DNA of 64,000 nt, from the NCBI GenBank assembly GCA_965197475.1, contig CBDANF010000002.1, forward strand, positions 832,001-896,000. The letters are read 5' to 3'. The position numbers and the translations under genes are program-made. This DNA comes from Candidatus Poribacteria bacterium (lineage in GTDB: Bacteria; Poribacteria; WGA-4E; WGA-3G). The notes under the pieces were generated by a model. It had not been told where the DNA came from and did not search any database. It saw nothing but the letters and a program-made list of their open reading frames with translations. Positions 17,790-29,233 of the stretch are shown in pieces (the stretch's first letter is position 1; every line of letters starts with the position of its first letter).

Positions 17790-18500
17790 ATGAATTTTGC
17801 AGTGAGTACGTGTCTGATTGTTTTTGCTAAGAACCCGATCCCGAATCAAGTCAAAACACGGCTGCTTCCAGGAGTTTCCCCTGAACAAGCGGCATCGTTA
17901 TACCGTGCTTTTCTCATGGATTGGTGTGAGACCCTTGCCGAACTCTCAAATGTAGATTTAGTCGTCGCGTATACACCCCCAGAGAGTCTACCCGATTTAC
18001 AGGCGTTAATTGGGGACGATGTTAACTACATTCCACAAATAGGCACAGACCTCGGGGCACGTCTCACTTCTGCGACGCAGTGGGCATCCGAAAACGGATA
18101 TGAAAAGATTTTACTCGTCGGTTCCGACAGTCCAACACTACCTCTTTCGTACATCTCCCAGGCGATTTCAGGTCTTGACTCACGCGATATTGTTATCGGT
18201 CCAAGTGTAGATGGTGGTTATTACCTTATCAGTTTTTCATCAAAAAATCTCAATGTAATAGTTCCATTCATTTTTCAGGAAATTGCATGGAGTACCGCAC
18301 ATGTTTTTCGACAAACAATAGAACGTATTCATACCATAAAAGCCACACTCAAACTGCTACCGCCTTGGTACGACGTAGATACACCTGAAGATTTAGCATT
18401 TTTACAGGCACATCTCTCGGCGATGCGACTCGCAGATGGCACGGTGCAAGCAATTAGAACGGAAAGTTTGTTGTTAGAATTGTTAAAGGAGAATAAGTAA
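17790..18500 (+). CDS. DUF2064/TIGR04282 CofC-like nucleotidyl/glycosyltransferase
   Basis: 'VFAKNPIPNQVKTRL', 'GTDLGARL', 'GSDSP', 'GPSVDGGYYLI', 'WST', 'DVDTPEDL'. Confidence 0.85.
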   Translation: MNFAVSTCLIVFAKNPIPNQVKTRLLPGVSPEQAASLYRAFLMDWCETLAELSNVDLVVAYTPPESLPDLQALIGDDVNYIPQIGTDLGARLTSATQWASENGYEKILLVGSDSPTLPLSYISQAISGLDSRDIVIGPSVDGGYYLISFSSKNLNVIVPFIFQEIAWSTAHVFRQTIERIHTIKATLKLLPPWYDVDTPEDLAFLQAHLSAMRLADGTVQAIRTESLLLELLKENK

Positions 18501-19231
18501 TGGGACAATTAGATGGGAAAGTTGCAATTGTAACTGGTGGCAACAGAGGAATTGGGAAGGGAATTGCGAAGGGGCTTGCTGCTGAAGGGACAAGTTTGAC
18601 TATCGCTGCCAGGGATGCCGAGTTACTTACGCAAACAGCTGATGAACTGCGCGCACAAGGCGCGAAAGTGTTAGCTGTGCCAACCGATGTCACCGATGAG
18701 GAACAGATCAAGACACTCTTTGAAAAAGCGATGGCTGAATATGATCGGTTGGATATTCTTGTAAACAACGCAGGTGCGTTTGATGGTGGTCCGATAGCCG
18801 AACTCTCAACAGAGGCGTGGGACAAGGTTATCGGCGTGAACCTGCGTGCGCCGTTTCTCTGCTCGCGGGAAGCGATGCGAATTATGAAGGAGCAAGGTGA
18901 CGGTGGACGCATTATTAATATCGGTAGTATCTCGGCACACCGCGTCCGCCCTCACAGTGCCCCTTATAGTGCAAGTAAATTCGGGATATGGGGATTAACG
19001 CAGGTGACGGCATTGGAAGGTAGACCACATGGAATCACGGCAAGCTGCTTGCAACCCGGCAATACTTATGTTGAACGGATTCAGAACCGTCCACAACCTC
19101 CATCTGAACCGATGATGGATGTTGATGCCCTTGCGCAAGCTGCTGTCCTCATGGCAACACTTCCACCAAATATCAATATGTTGGAGGCAACAGTGTTACC
19201 TGTTGAACAACTCTATATTGGACGTGGGTAA
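18500..19231 (+). CDS. SDR family oxidoreductase
   Basis: TGGNRGIG, NNAG, YSASK. Confidence 0.92.
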   Translation: MGQLDGKVAIVTGGNRGIGKGIAKGLAAEGTSLTIAARDAELLTQTADELRAQGAKVLAVPTDVTDEEQIKTLFEKAMAEYDRLDILVNNAGAFDGGPIAELSTEAWDKVIGVNLRAPFLCSREAMRIMKEQGDGGRIINIGSISAHRVRPHSAPYSASKFGIWGLTQVTALEGRPHGITASCLQPGNTYVERIQNRPQPPSEPMMDVDALAQAAVLMATLPPNINMLEATVLPVEQLYIGRG

Positions 19232-19268
19232 GTTTCTGTTATGCTGCCTCTGCATTCTTCAGACAGCA

Positions 19269-20062
19269 CTAAAGCCGCAAACCTAACATCCCACTGAGGT
19301 AAAAATATGCTTCCTCGGTATAACGTGGCAGATTTTCTGGGTCCTCAACCTCTAATTCCAACGTGAGGTCACCTTGATAGTCCACGTCTTGGAGCGTTCC
19401 TATAATCTCCTGAAGGTTGAGTTCACCGCGCCCGATGCCAACAGATACAGCACCGATGTGGTCTTTGAGATGCACCGCGTAGATACACGAACCAAACTGA
19501 CGAATAGCAGCAAGCGTGTCTACCTCGGATGTGTGGAAATGTCCCGTATCAATACAAACACCAACTCGTTCATCGGGAATAGCGTCTAACACCCGTTGGA
19601 AATCCTCTGGTTGCTCAAGAACATTCCCGTGGTGCGGTTCAAGAGTCAATTTGATACAGCTTTCTGCTGGTATTCGCGCCAACACCTCTTGCACACAACT
19701 AATCACTCTATCCAATGCTCCAGATTCAGTTCTGCGTTGTGCGCCACTGGTCGTCAAATGTGTTGCGTTGAGTTGTTCGGCGATGTCTACACACTTTGCT
19801 ATTGCCTCGGCACGTGTTTCAACATCTGCGATGTCGTTACCTCCCCAACCGGGGGATAGAGTCCAGTACATCTCATGCCGGATTTGTCAATCTTCTCCTT
19901 TATCCCATCTATGTCAAACGCGTGGACAGCGTCAACACTCCAGATGAGAGGTCCGTGAATCTCCATAGAACGGTAGCCGATTTTCGGTGCATATTCTAAG
20001 GTTGCGGCTACCTCGTCTTCGGCATAGCCTCGGTAGCAGATAGAGGCACAAATGATGTCCAT
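19269..20062 (-). pseudogene. sugar phosphate isomerase/epimerase (AP endonuclease 2 TIM barrel), frameshifted
   Basis: ORFs 19799-20062 and 19269-19871 join as 'LYPPGWGGND' if one base is added in the G-run near 19852-19856; motifs 'EPH', 'DTGH', 'HLKD', 'LELE'. May be an assembly indel. Confidence 0.75.
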
Positions 20063-20154
20063 AAAAACGCTTTCCTCTGAAATAGATACAACATTTTGGT
20101 GTAGTAAATATTTATCTCTGCGGATTTTTGCACTATTTTACGTCATCCATAATA

Positions 20155-22059
20155 TTAGTTATGGATGTCCCATAGTAGTATCGTGCTGTCACTACTCACA
20201 CTTACAAGAGTATTGCCATCCGGACTGAATTCCACACTATTGAGATAATTCGCATGCCCTACAAGCGTTTTTATGAGTTTTCCTGTTGCAATATTCCATA
20301 GTCTGACAGTGTTGTCTAAACTTCCACTCGCAAGTGTCTGTCCGTCAGTACTGAACGATAAGCTAACTACACCTTTCTGCACTTTGAGCGTTTTTGTGTG
20401 TGCGCCTGTAAATATATCCCAAAATTGGATAGCACCTTCTTCACCTCCGCCATCGCCAGTTACAAGGGTTTTTCCATCTGGACTGAAAGTTAGACAATGG
20501 ATGTTACCCCTAACGTATTGATTCGTAAGGATTTGTCTATGTGTGCCAGTTGTAACATTCCATAAACGGATGTTCCCATCTTTTGATCCATCCAAACTGG
20601 CAAGGGTGCGTCCATCCGGACTAAACACCACGCTCTTAACATGATCTGTATGTCCTGTGAGGGTTTGCTTATGCTTTCCTGTAACCGCATCCCAGAGGCG
20701 AATGACAGTATCCCCACTTGTGAGGGTTTTACTATCCGGACTGAACGATAGGCTGCTGACTGAGGACTCATGTCCTCTGAGCGTTTTCTTTCGCTTGCCG
20801 GTGGCGACATCCCACAAACGGATAGTTTTGTCCCAGCTTCCAGTTGCGAGTATTTTTCCATCTGGACTGAACACCACACTGGAGACATAATACTTATGTC
20901 CCTTGAGAGTTTTCTTATGTTTAGCTGTAGCCGCGTCCCATAGGAGAACTCTACCGTTTTCACTTCCACTTGCAAGAGTTTTCCCATCCGGACTAAAAGA
21001 CACACTATAGTGATTAATAGTATGCCTTATGATTGTGTCTTTCTGCTTTCCTGTTGCCACATCCCACAAGTGGATAATGTTGCCGTCCAAATAGTTCCAC
21101 CCTACACTTGCGAGTGTTTTTCCATCCGGACTGAACGCCACACCTGAGATATACAACTTATGTCCTTTGATTGTTTTCTTCCGTTTACCTGTGTCTGTAT
21201 TCCACAAGCAGATTGTTTTGTCACTGCTTCCACTTGCGAGCGTTTTTCCGTCCGGGCTGAACACCAGACTATTGATAGATATCTTATGTCCTATAAAGGT
21301 TTTCTTTTGTTTTCCAGTAGCAACGTCCCATAGATGAATATCTACTCCCGCCCCTGCAAGTGTCTTTCCATCCTGACTAAACGCTATGTTCCTGACTCGC
21401 TTCTTATGCGCCGTCAGTATTTGCTTTTCCTCACCAGTGGCAACATCCCATAGGATAACATCTTTGCCGCCACGCCGACTTACAAATGTTTTTCCATCCG
21501 GACTGAATGTGCTGACACCATTAAGAGCATGATATTGTCCCCAGATTGTTTTCTTGTTCATGCCTGTCTTCACATCCCATAGGTTAATCTCCCAATGACC
21601 AGCACTTGCGATTGTTTTCCCATCCGCACTAAACGACACACTGTCGAACCCAAATCTATCTCCTATAAACGTCTGCTTGTGTTCACCAGTAGCAACATCC
21701 CATAAGCGAATGCTCCCGTCCTCACTTGCACTTGCGATTGTTTTCCCATCCGGACTGAAAGCTACATTATGAATAATATCTGTATGTCCGGCGAGTAAGG
21801 CACGCGCTTCACCTGTATGTGCATCATAGAGCCAAACACCGATGGAACTAATACCTGCTAACAATGTCCCATTCGGAGAAAACTTTATTTTATTGATTTT
21901 ACCTTTACCGAGACGTGCCTTTGCACCTTCGGGCAAGTGCCACTGCGGGGAGTCGTAGAAGAAGGTATCTGGCTGATTTCGTATTGAAACGAAGCTAAAA
22001 ATCAATATGATTGAAACAATACTGATGATTAAAAAAATAAAAATTAGTTTGACTTTCAT
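20155..22059 (-). CDS. WD40 repeat protein with N-terminal signal/TM
   Basis: About 14 'GH...V.FSPDGKTLASGS.D.TIRLWD' repeats; cap 'WHLPEGAKARLGKG'. Confidence 0.92.
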   Translation of the reverse strand: MKVKLIFIFLIISIVSIILIFSFVSIRNQPDTFFYDSPQWHLPEGAKARLGKGKINKIKFSPNGTLLAGISSIGVWLYDAHTGEARALLAGHTDIIHNVAFSPDGKTIASASEDGSIRLWDVATGEHKQTFIGDRFGFDSVSFSADGKTIASAGHWEINLWDVKTGMNKKTIWGQYHALNGVSTFSPDGKTFVSRRGGKDVILWDVATGEEKQILTAHKKRVRNIAFSQDGKTLAGAGVDIHLWDVATGKQKKTFIGHKISINSLVFSPDGKTLASGSSDKTICLWNTDTGKRKKTIKGHKLYISGVAFSPDGKTLASVGWNYLDGNIIHLWDVATGKQKDTIIRHTINHYSVSFSPDGKTLASGSENGRVLLWDAATAKHKKTLKGHKYYVSSVVFSPDGKILATGSWDKTIRLWDVATGKRKKTLRGHESSVSSLSFSPDSKTLTSGDTVIRLWDAVTGKHKQTLTGHTDHVKSVVFSPDGRTLASLDGSKDGNIRLWNVTTGTHRQILTNQYVRGNIHCLTFSPDGKTLVTGDGGGEEGAIQFWDIFTGAHTKTLKVQKGVVSLSFSTDGQTLASGSLDNTVRLWNIATGKLIKTLVGHANYLNSVEFSPDGNTLVSVSSDSTILLWDIHN

Positions 22060-22154
22060 TTCGTGAGACTCCTTTTAGGACTTCATAGTAAACCAACAAT
22101 TTACTTGAACACCATTAACAGCGTGCTTACAAAGCGCGCCTGCAGGAAATCGCG

Positions 22155-23285
22155 CTATTTTCTCTGGTTTTTTATGTTTACTATAGGCGCGAGATCCCAT
22201 AGGATTACTTGTCTATCGCTATACCCAGTTGCAAGCGTCAGACCATCTGGACTAAATGCCAAACTATAGATACTGGATCCTGTTTCCATGAAGGTTTGCA
22301 CGCGCTGTCCAGTGTCCACATCCCAGATTCGGATCACAAAATGGTCATAATCACAAGCAAATATTTTTCCACCAGAATTGAAGGATACACCCCAGTTGGT
22401 GGCTTTACGTCCAGTAAATATGTTTTTCTGCTTACCCGTGGCAATGTCCCGCACACGGATAGTACCGTCTATACCTACACTCACAAGCATAGACCCTTCT
22501 GGATTGAATAATAAGGAATAGATTGCCCCTATATGTCCTGTGAACGTTTTTTCTTGCTTACCTGTTGCAACATCCCACAGACGAATGGTACCATCTCCAC
22601 TGCCACTTGCAAGTGTTTTGCCATCCGGACTGAATAATACACTTGAGACATAATCCGTATGCCCCGTTATTGTTTTCTTATGTTTTCCTGTAGCAACATT
22701 CCATAGATGGATAGTTTTATCAACACTGCCGCTCACGAGAGTTTTTCCATCCGGACTGAAGGCTATGCTTGAGACATAATCCGTATGACCTATAAAATGT
22801 TCAGGTATTCCTGTGGTAGTATCCCACACACGGATAGTTTTGCTCTCACCTCCATTGGCGAATTTCTCTCCATTAGGACTGAATGCCAAGTTAGTACCGT
22901 AAGGTTTATTCGGTAAGGATGTTCGCGTACTCCATGTCATGTATCTTTCTCTATGTAAGTTCACAATATCGGCTGTATGTTTTCTGAGGCTTTGCCTGTA
23001 CTCCCCTGTGGTTGCATTCCACAAGTGGATAGGTGAGCGATCACTTGTTGTCGCGAGGGTTTGACCATCTGGACTGAACAACACACCTTCAACAGCATTA
23101 ACAGATTCATAAAAGGGCTTCTCGGTTCTATGTGTGATTACATCGTGACTGAGACTTATACGAACTTTAGCACCTGCGGGCAGATCTCGATTTCGATCTT
23201 CGGAATCTTGGGCAAAGCTGCCTGGTAGATAGAATAGTGAAGCAACAAATAGTGTTAATATAATGGAAAACAGTACTTTTTTCAT
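22155..23285 (-). CDS. WD40 repeat protein, secreted
   Basis: Signal peptide ending SFAQ; about 7 WD40 repeats. Confidence 0.9.
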   Translation of the reverse strand: MKKVLFSIILTLFVASLFYLPGSFAQDSEDRNRDLPAGAKVRISLSHDVITHRTEKPFYESVNAVEGVLFSPDGQTLATTSDRSPIHLWNATTGEYRQSLRKHTADIVNLHRERYMTWSTRTSLPNKPYGTNLAFSPNGEKFANGGESKTIRVWDTTTGIPEHFIGHTDYVSSIAFSPDGKTLVSGSVDKTIHLWNVATGKHKKTITGHTDYVSSVLFSPDGKTLASGSGDGTIRLWDVATGKQEKTFTGHIGAIYSLLFNPEGSMLVSVGIDGTIRVRDIATGKQKNIFTGRKATNWGVSFNSGGKIFACDYDHFVIRIWDVDTGQRVQTFMETGSSIYSLAFSPDGLTLATGYSDRQVILWDLAPIVNIKNQRK

Positions 23286-23314
23286 CTGAGGATCTCCGTT
23301 TGATATGTCTATAT

Positions 23315-23467
23315 TAACGTGAGCTCGGTGTAAGAAATAACGTGAGTTTCGGTATAGATAGAAGGATTTTTTACCTGTTTTTTACCTCCTAAACCCCTAA
23401 AACAGGGGGAATCAGTGGAAAAATACCCACGAACTTGTGAAAGTAGACTTATACCGAGCTCACGTTA
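23315..23467. mobile_element. MITE with 20-bp TIRs
   Basis: TAACGTGAGCTCGGTGTAAG / CTTATACCGAGCTCACGTTA, flanked by TAT on both sides; second left-end copy at 23338; internal CCCCTAAAACAGGGG hairpin. Confidence 0.75.
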
Positions 23468-23469
23468 TA

Positions 23470-25749
23470 TTATTCTGCCACATCTAAAGCTTTAATTGTG
23501 GACGTTAGGTCCCATAGAAGCACTGTATCATCAAAGCTTAGACTTGAGAGGGTCTTTCCATTAGCACTGAACGAAATATTTGTGACCCACGATGCGTGCC
23601 CCGTGAGCGTCTTTTTAAGTTCTCCGGTCCGTAAATCCCATAGGCGGATGTTTTCGTCATCAGCACCTCCGATTTCGCCTTTAATATCACTTGCCAACAC
23701 CAGTCCATTGGGATAGAACTTCACGCGCCAGATAGTCTGCCGATATGCCGCGAGTGACTGTTTTTGTTTTCCTGTGGCAATATCCCACAAACGGACGGTA
23801 GCATCTTTGCTCGTACTCGCTATGGTAAGTCTGTCAGGACTGAAGGATACAGAAGATATAGCATCTGCATGCCCTCTGAACGTCTGCATCAATTTTCCTG
23901 TAGCAACATCCCATAGCTGGATAGACCCGTTCTTATGGCCACTTGTGAGCACGCTCCCATCTGAGTTAAACGATACTGCCGTAACAGCTGCCGATTGACC
24001 AGTTTGATTGTTAGTCAAGCGTTGATCCGAGAAAGTCTGGATTTGTTTGCCTGTAACCGCATCCCACATACGGATTGTGCCATCTACTCCTGCACTGACA
24101 AGTGTTTTTCCATTTGGACTAAAAGAGACACTCGCGACCAAGTCTGTATGCCCTATAAGCGTTCGCTTGTGTTTCCCAGTAGCAACATCCCACAGCCGAA
24201 TAGTTTTGTCTTCGTATGAACTCCAACTTGCCAACGTGTCACCATCTGGACTGAAAACGACACGTTTGAGAAGTGTTTTGTGTCCTCTGAGGATTCGTTT
24301 ATGTTTTCCAGTGGCAACATCCCATAGACGAATAGTTGTATCTTGGCTTAAACTCCAACTCACCAATGTTTTTCCATCTGAACTGAACAAAGAGCGTCTG
24401 ACTGGCAAGTCTTTAGTGTTACGTATCTGCCCTGAAAGGGGTTGTTGTCGTTTCGTTCCTATATCCCATAAGTAGACGGTTCTATCAGAATTTCCAGTTG
24501 CGAACTTCCTCCCATTCGGACTAAGTGATATGTATTCAGGTTCAGACGTTCTATAATGTCTCGCGCTTAAATTTGTGATTGTTTTTTTGTGTTTTCCTGT
24601 AGCAGCAACATCCCATAAACGAATAAATCCTCCGTAAGACCCAGTTGCCAGCGTTTTGCCATCCGGGGTAAAAGATACATTCCTGGCATAACCTGGGTAT
24701 TCAGCCAAGTGTTTGCGTTTTCCTGTAGCAATATCCCATAAACGTATTTTGCCACTTCCAATTAAACTTCCAACAGTCCGATTATCCGGACTGAACAACA
24801 TGTTTTCTACCTTTTTCTTAATCCCTGACTCCTCGCTATCTACATCTTTATCAATAAGGGTTTGCTTAAGGATGCCTGTCGTTGTATCCCATAACCGAAC
24901 CGTATTGTTGAATCTCACAGTAGCAAGCGTGCCACCATCCGGACTAAAAAACACTTTTTCAATTATTTCTTGTTTTTCAAGCTGTTCGGTAATTACGCCT
25001 TGATTGGCAAGTGTCTTTTTACGCCTTCCTGTGGCTATATCCCAAAAGTAGATTGTCTTATCATCGCCTACACTTACAAGCGTGCTACCATCCGGACTAA
25101 ACGATAATTTGGTGACAGCCGCTGGATGCCCTGTTAAGGTTTTCTTGTGATCCCCTGTGGTAACATCCCAAAGACAGATAGTTTGATCCTTACTTCCACT
25201 CGCAAGCATTTGACCATCTGGGCTGAAGGACAAACTCCGAAGAAATTCTGTGTGTCTTTTGAGAATATGTTTGGACTCACCTGTAGCCGCATCCCATAGA
25301 TAAATATCTTTGTGACGCACACTCGCAAATGTCCGTCCATCAGGACTGAATAACATGATACGGTCAAAAGAAGCGTCATTTGAGACAATTTTCTTAATTT
25401 TACCTGAAGTAACGTCCCATAGTGTAATGCCTCTGAACCTTTCAGCACTTGCAAGGACTGTTCCTTCTGGGTTGAACAAGATTTTTTCAACACCTCTATT
25501 ATTGTGCGCGAACAAGGCACGTTCCTGATACGTCTCTGTATCATAAATCCAAATACCGATTGTAGTAGCAACTGCCAGTACAGTACCGTCCGGGGAATAC
25601 CGCATATCATTGATACGACCTTTACCGAGACGCGCTATGACACCTTCAGGCAACTCCCATTGTGTATAGTCTTGGGCAAACGTATACGGCAGATAGAGCA
25701 TTGAAAGAAAAAATAGCATCCCAAAAATCGAAAACAACATTTTTTTCAT
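23470..25749 (-). CDS. WD40 repeat protein, secreted
   Basis: Signal peptide ending TFAQ, 'WELPEGVIARLGKG', about 15 WD40 repeats. Confidence 0.92.
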   Translation of the reverse strand: MKKMLFSIFGMLFFLSMLYLPYTFAQDYTQWELPEGVIARLGKGRINDMRYSPDGTVLAVATTIGIWIYDTETYQERALFAHNNRGVEKILFNPEGTVLASAERFRGITLWDVTSGKIKKIVSNDASFDRIMLFSPDGRTFASVRHKDIYLWDAATGESKHILKRHTEFLRSLSFSPDGQMLASGSKDQTICLWDVTTGDHKKTLTGHPAAVTKLSFSPDGSTLVSVGDDKTIYFWDIATGRRKKTLANQGVITEQLEKQEIIEKVFFSPDGGTLATVRFNNTVRLWDTTTGILKQTLIDKDVDSEESGIKKKVENMLFSPDNRTVGSLIGSGKIRLWDIATGKRKHLAEYPGYARNVSFTPDGKTLATGSYGGFIRLWDVAATGKHKKTITNLSARHYRTSEPEYISLSPNGRKFATGNSDRTVYLWDIGTKRQQPLSGQIRNTKDLPVRRSLFSSDGKTLVSWSLSQDTTIRLWDVATGKHKRILRGHKTLLKRVVFSPDGDTLASWSSYEDKTIRLWDVATGKHKRTLIGHTDLVASVSFSPNGKTLVSAGVDGTIRMWDAVTGKQIQTFSDQRLTNNQTGQSAAVTAVSFNSDGSVLTSGHKNGSIQLWDVATGKLMQTFRGHADAISSVSFSPDRLTIASTSKDATVRLWDIATGKQKQSLAAYRQTIWRVKFYPNGLVLASDIKGEIGGADDENIRLWDLRTGELKKTLTGHASWVTNISFSANGKTLSSLSFDDTVLLWDLTSTIKALDVAE

Positions 25750-25832
25750 TTGAAGAAACTCCTTTTACATCAACTATATAGACGTTGAAATAGGATTTGT
25801 TAACGTCTTTATTATTCACTTCACTATCTACA

Positions 25833-27922
25833 CTATTTTTCGCTGTTTATCGCTTGAGAAATGACGTTCAGGTCCCATAGAAGCGTTGTGCCATCCCAAC
25901 TGCTACTCGCGAGTGTTTTCCCATCCGAACTGAATTTTATCATCGTAACATCACCTAAATGTCCAGTAAGGTTCTTCTTCCGTTTCCCTGTAGCGACATC
26001 CCATAAAAGGAGCGTTCCATCCCCAAGACCACCTACAAGCATTGTACCGTCCGAACTGAAAGAGAGTTGAGTGATTCTTTTTATATAATCTCCAGTTAAG
26101 TATTGATCCGTAAGGGTTTTAATTTGTTTGCCAGTGGTAACATTCCACAAACGGATACTCCCGTCTCTATCTGCACTTGCAAGGGTCTTTCCATCGGAAG
26201 TAAAAGATAAGGAAGCAATGGAATTTGTATGCCCTCTTAGCGTTTCCTTCTGTTTTCCAGTAGCAACGTCCCACAGTTCTACTGCTGTACTATCATAGGC
26301 GAGTGTTTTTCCATCCGGACTGAACAAGACTTTCTCGAAAAACACTTGGTTTTCTGCGTCCTTTGCAGAGATTATCTTATGCACACCGGTGTCAACATCC
26401 CATAGGTGGAGGTATGTGTCAGTACGCCACTTACGATTTCTGATTGCCACGGTATTTGCGTCTGGACTGAAAAACAGTGCAGAAACTCTTTTCGTATTCT
26501 GCGTATTGATTCTGAGTGCTTTCTTCTGTTTTCCCGATTCCGTGTCCCAAAGACGAATCGTTTTGTCTTCACCGTAACTGATGAGTGTTTGACCATCCAG
26601 ATTGAAGGCAACTTTATTTACATCACCCCTATGCCCTCTAAGCTTCTTCTCATGTTCACCTGTGGCAACATTCCATAATCGGATTGTTTTGTCCCTACTA
26701 CCACTCGCGAGGATTTGTCCATCTGGACTAAACGACAAAATAGTGACTTGATTCGTATGTCCAGTAAGTGTATTTAGAAATTCACCTGTGTTTACATCCC
26801 ACAGATAAATTGTTTTACTTCCGAAAGTATTTGCTACGGTCACCTTATCTGCACTAAATGACACGTTTCTTGGAACAAATCCAAATAGATGTCCTAACAA
26901 AGTATTCTTATGCTTTTCCTTCGTAACATCCCATAAATGAATAACACCTTCTGCGCTTCCACTTGCAAGTGCCTTCCCATCTACACTAAACGCCAGTCTA
27001 TAAGCACCTCTTGAATGCCTTTTAAAAGTGTGTTTGCGTTTACCAGTAGCAACATCCCATAAACGAACAGTTTTGTCTGCACTCGTGCTTGCGAGCGTCT
27101 TCCCATTACTACTAAATGATAAATGCCAGATGGGCTCCTTATGCCCTTTTAGCGTTTTCTTAAGCGTTTTTGTAGCAACGTCCCATAAATGGATCGTTTT
27201 GTCGGTTCTCCCAGTCGCAAGTGTTTTCCCGTCTGGACTAAATGATATATTTGTGATTCCCACATTATTTGCATCAGAGATTGTCTGTTCATTTTGAGTT
27301 TCTGTATTCCAGAAAGTGATAGTGCCGCTGTAATTCCCACTTACAAGTGTAATTCCATCTGTGTTGAACGAAATATCAGAAACACGGTATAAATGCCGTT
27401 GGATATGTTGCTTATGTGTACTTTTTACAATATCCCAGAGATTCACACCGCTATCACTCCAACTCGCCAGTATTTTTCCATCCGGACTGAAAGAGACCCC
27501 TATAACATCTCTTCTATGACCCATAAATGTCTGCTGGAGTTTGCGGGTTTCAACATCCCATAGGCGAACAAGTTTATTGCCGCAAGCACTTGCGAGTGTT
27601 TTTCCATTAGGACTAAACGATATGCTATAACACCTTCTCTATTCTTCGCGAGAAGTGCAAATTCTTTGCCACTATGCACATCATAGAACCATATACCGAC
27701 AGAGCTTGCGACAGCGAATATGGTTCCGTCCGGAGAATACGCTAAATCATTTACGGTTCCCTTGCCAACACGCGCCTTTACACCATCAGGTAGGTGCCAT
27801 TGCGGAGAATCAGGAATGAAGGTCTCAGGTTCAAGACGATCTCGTCTTGGAACAATAGTTAGTACCACAGTAATCGCAGCTATTCCGAGGACTAAAAAGA
27901 TAAAAAACAGTGTCTTTTTCAT
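25833..27922 (-). pseudogene. WD40 repeat protein, frameshifted near 27628
   Basis: ORF 27500-27922 (TM plus 'WHLPDGVKARVGKG') continues as 'GV(N)SISFSPNGKTLAS...LWDV...FMGHRR' into ORF 25833-27524 if one base is added. Confidence 0.8.
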
Positions 27923-27953
27923 CTGAAAATTCTCCTTTTGACACTTCTATACT

Positions 27954-27998
27954 GTAGGGGCGTGCTTGGACTCTATGCGGTTAGGAAACCGCACCTAC
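27954..27998. repeat. REP-like GTAG...CTAC element
   Basis: GTAGGGGCG...GCGGTTAGGAAACCGCACCTAC. Confidence 0.5.
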
Positions 27999-28010
27999 CA
28001 AATAATGGTT

Positions 28011-28052
28011 CTATAAACTGTAGGAACGATGTCTCGTTTCTACAGTTTATAG
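28011..28052. terminator. long hairpin immediately downstream of the Gfo/Idh/MocA gene
   Basis: CTATAAACTGTAGGAACGA-TGTC-TCGTTTCTACAGTTTATAG, 19-bp stem with one mismatch. Confidence 0.55.
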
Positions 28053-28059
28053 GAGTCAA

Positions 28060-29031
28060 CTAACCGATAGAAACCTTTGTCTTCTCTTTTGCCGATTCGT
28101 AGGTGGCTAAGACAACAGCGACTGCATGCTTGCCACCCCTACCGTCAATCATTGGGGTTTTGTTGTCATGGATACATTCAACAAAATGGGTGAGTTCGCC
28201 GACAACATGGCTTGGACCGGAACGGTCGGGGATGATCTCCTGCCAGTCGCTATCCCCGCGCTTTTTGAGATACGCGAGGTCCGCTGCCATGTCGAGACGG
28301 AGCGACCCTTCGGATCCGTCAATGATCGTTTCGTTTGTACCGCGAGCACCAAGGAAGCCACCCCAACGGAGAATGCCGACAGTACCTGTATCGTAACGGA
28401 TAAGTGAGACGGTATAGTCCTCCCAATCGTCATGCCCGGAGAAACTGCCGACCTCCGCTGCGACAATGAGTGGGGTGCCACCGAACCAATTAATCAGGTC
28501 GGATTTGTGGATACCGTTTTCTAACAATCCACCCACAGTGCCGTACCAACTCTCTGGTCGGCTACGCGGTGCATTATAGGGTCCGGTGTAATCGGTTTCA
28601 ATATAGACAACATCGCCGATGTCGCCAGCATCTACCATTTTTCTGCCGAGTTCGTGGACAGGATAGAAGCGAAGGACTTGACCAACCATGATATGTGTGC
28701 CGGCTTTGTCTGATGCTTCAATCATTTCGTCCGCTTCTTCGAGTGTCAAAGAGAGCGGTTTTTCACAGAAGGCGTGTACGCCTGCTTCTGCTGCGTCAAC
28801 GACGACTTTAGTATGTGCGACTGGGGGCGTTGCGACAACGACACCATCAACGAGTGGGAAAAGTTCTTGATAGTCTTGGAACGCACGGATGTTGTGACGT
28901 TCGGCGACAGCTTTTGCCGCGTCAAGTCGCAAATCCGCGACACCTACAAATTCACAATTTTCTACGTTGGGGAGTGAGTTGCAATGGCCATTGCCCATGC
29001 CACCTACTCCGATAACACCTATTCGGGTCAT
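28060..29031 (-). CDS. Gfo/Idh/MocA family oxidoreductase
   Basis: 'IGVIGVGGMG', 'CEKP', 'ENGIHKSD'. Confidence 0.92.
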   Translation of the reverse strand: MTRIGVIGVGGMGNGHCNSLPNVENCEFVGVADLRLDAAKAVAERHNIRAFQDYQELFPLVDGVVVATPPVAHTKVVVDAAEAGVHAFCEKPLSLTLEEADEMIEASDKAGTHIMVGQVLRFYPVHELGRKMVDAGDIGDVVYIETDYTGPYNAPRSRPESWYGTVGGLLENGIHKSDLINWFGGTPLIVAAEVGSFSGHDDWEDYTVSLIRYDTGTVGILRWGGFLGARGTNETIIDGSEGSLRLDMAADLAYLKKRGDSDWQEIIPDRSGPSHVVGELTHFVECIHDNKTPMIDGRGGKHAVAVVLATYESAKEKTKVSIG

Positions 29032-29233
29032 GAGTCTATTCCTTTTTATCAGGTTAAGATGTTGTGCAGAGAATATATCTTAAAGTGGGGTTGGTGTCAA
29101 TTGATTTATGGTTAACGACTGTCGGCTATCAGCTTTCTCTATCGCATGGCGGGTTTCTGTGCCTATTCATCGGTTCCGCGTACCTAAAAACATGACGCAG
29201 CGTCAACCCACATTCCAATATACTCTCATCCAA

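Noticed and set aside
8102-18500. Selenium metabolite cluster (selA, FGE-fold gene, TIGR04282 transferase)
   Set aside because: The genes are dispersed and on different strands, with no selD, SenB or radical SAM partner.
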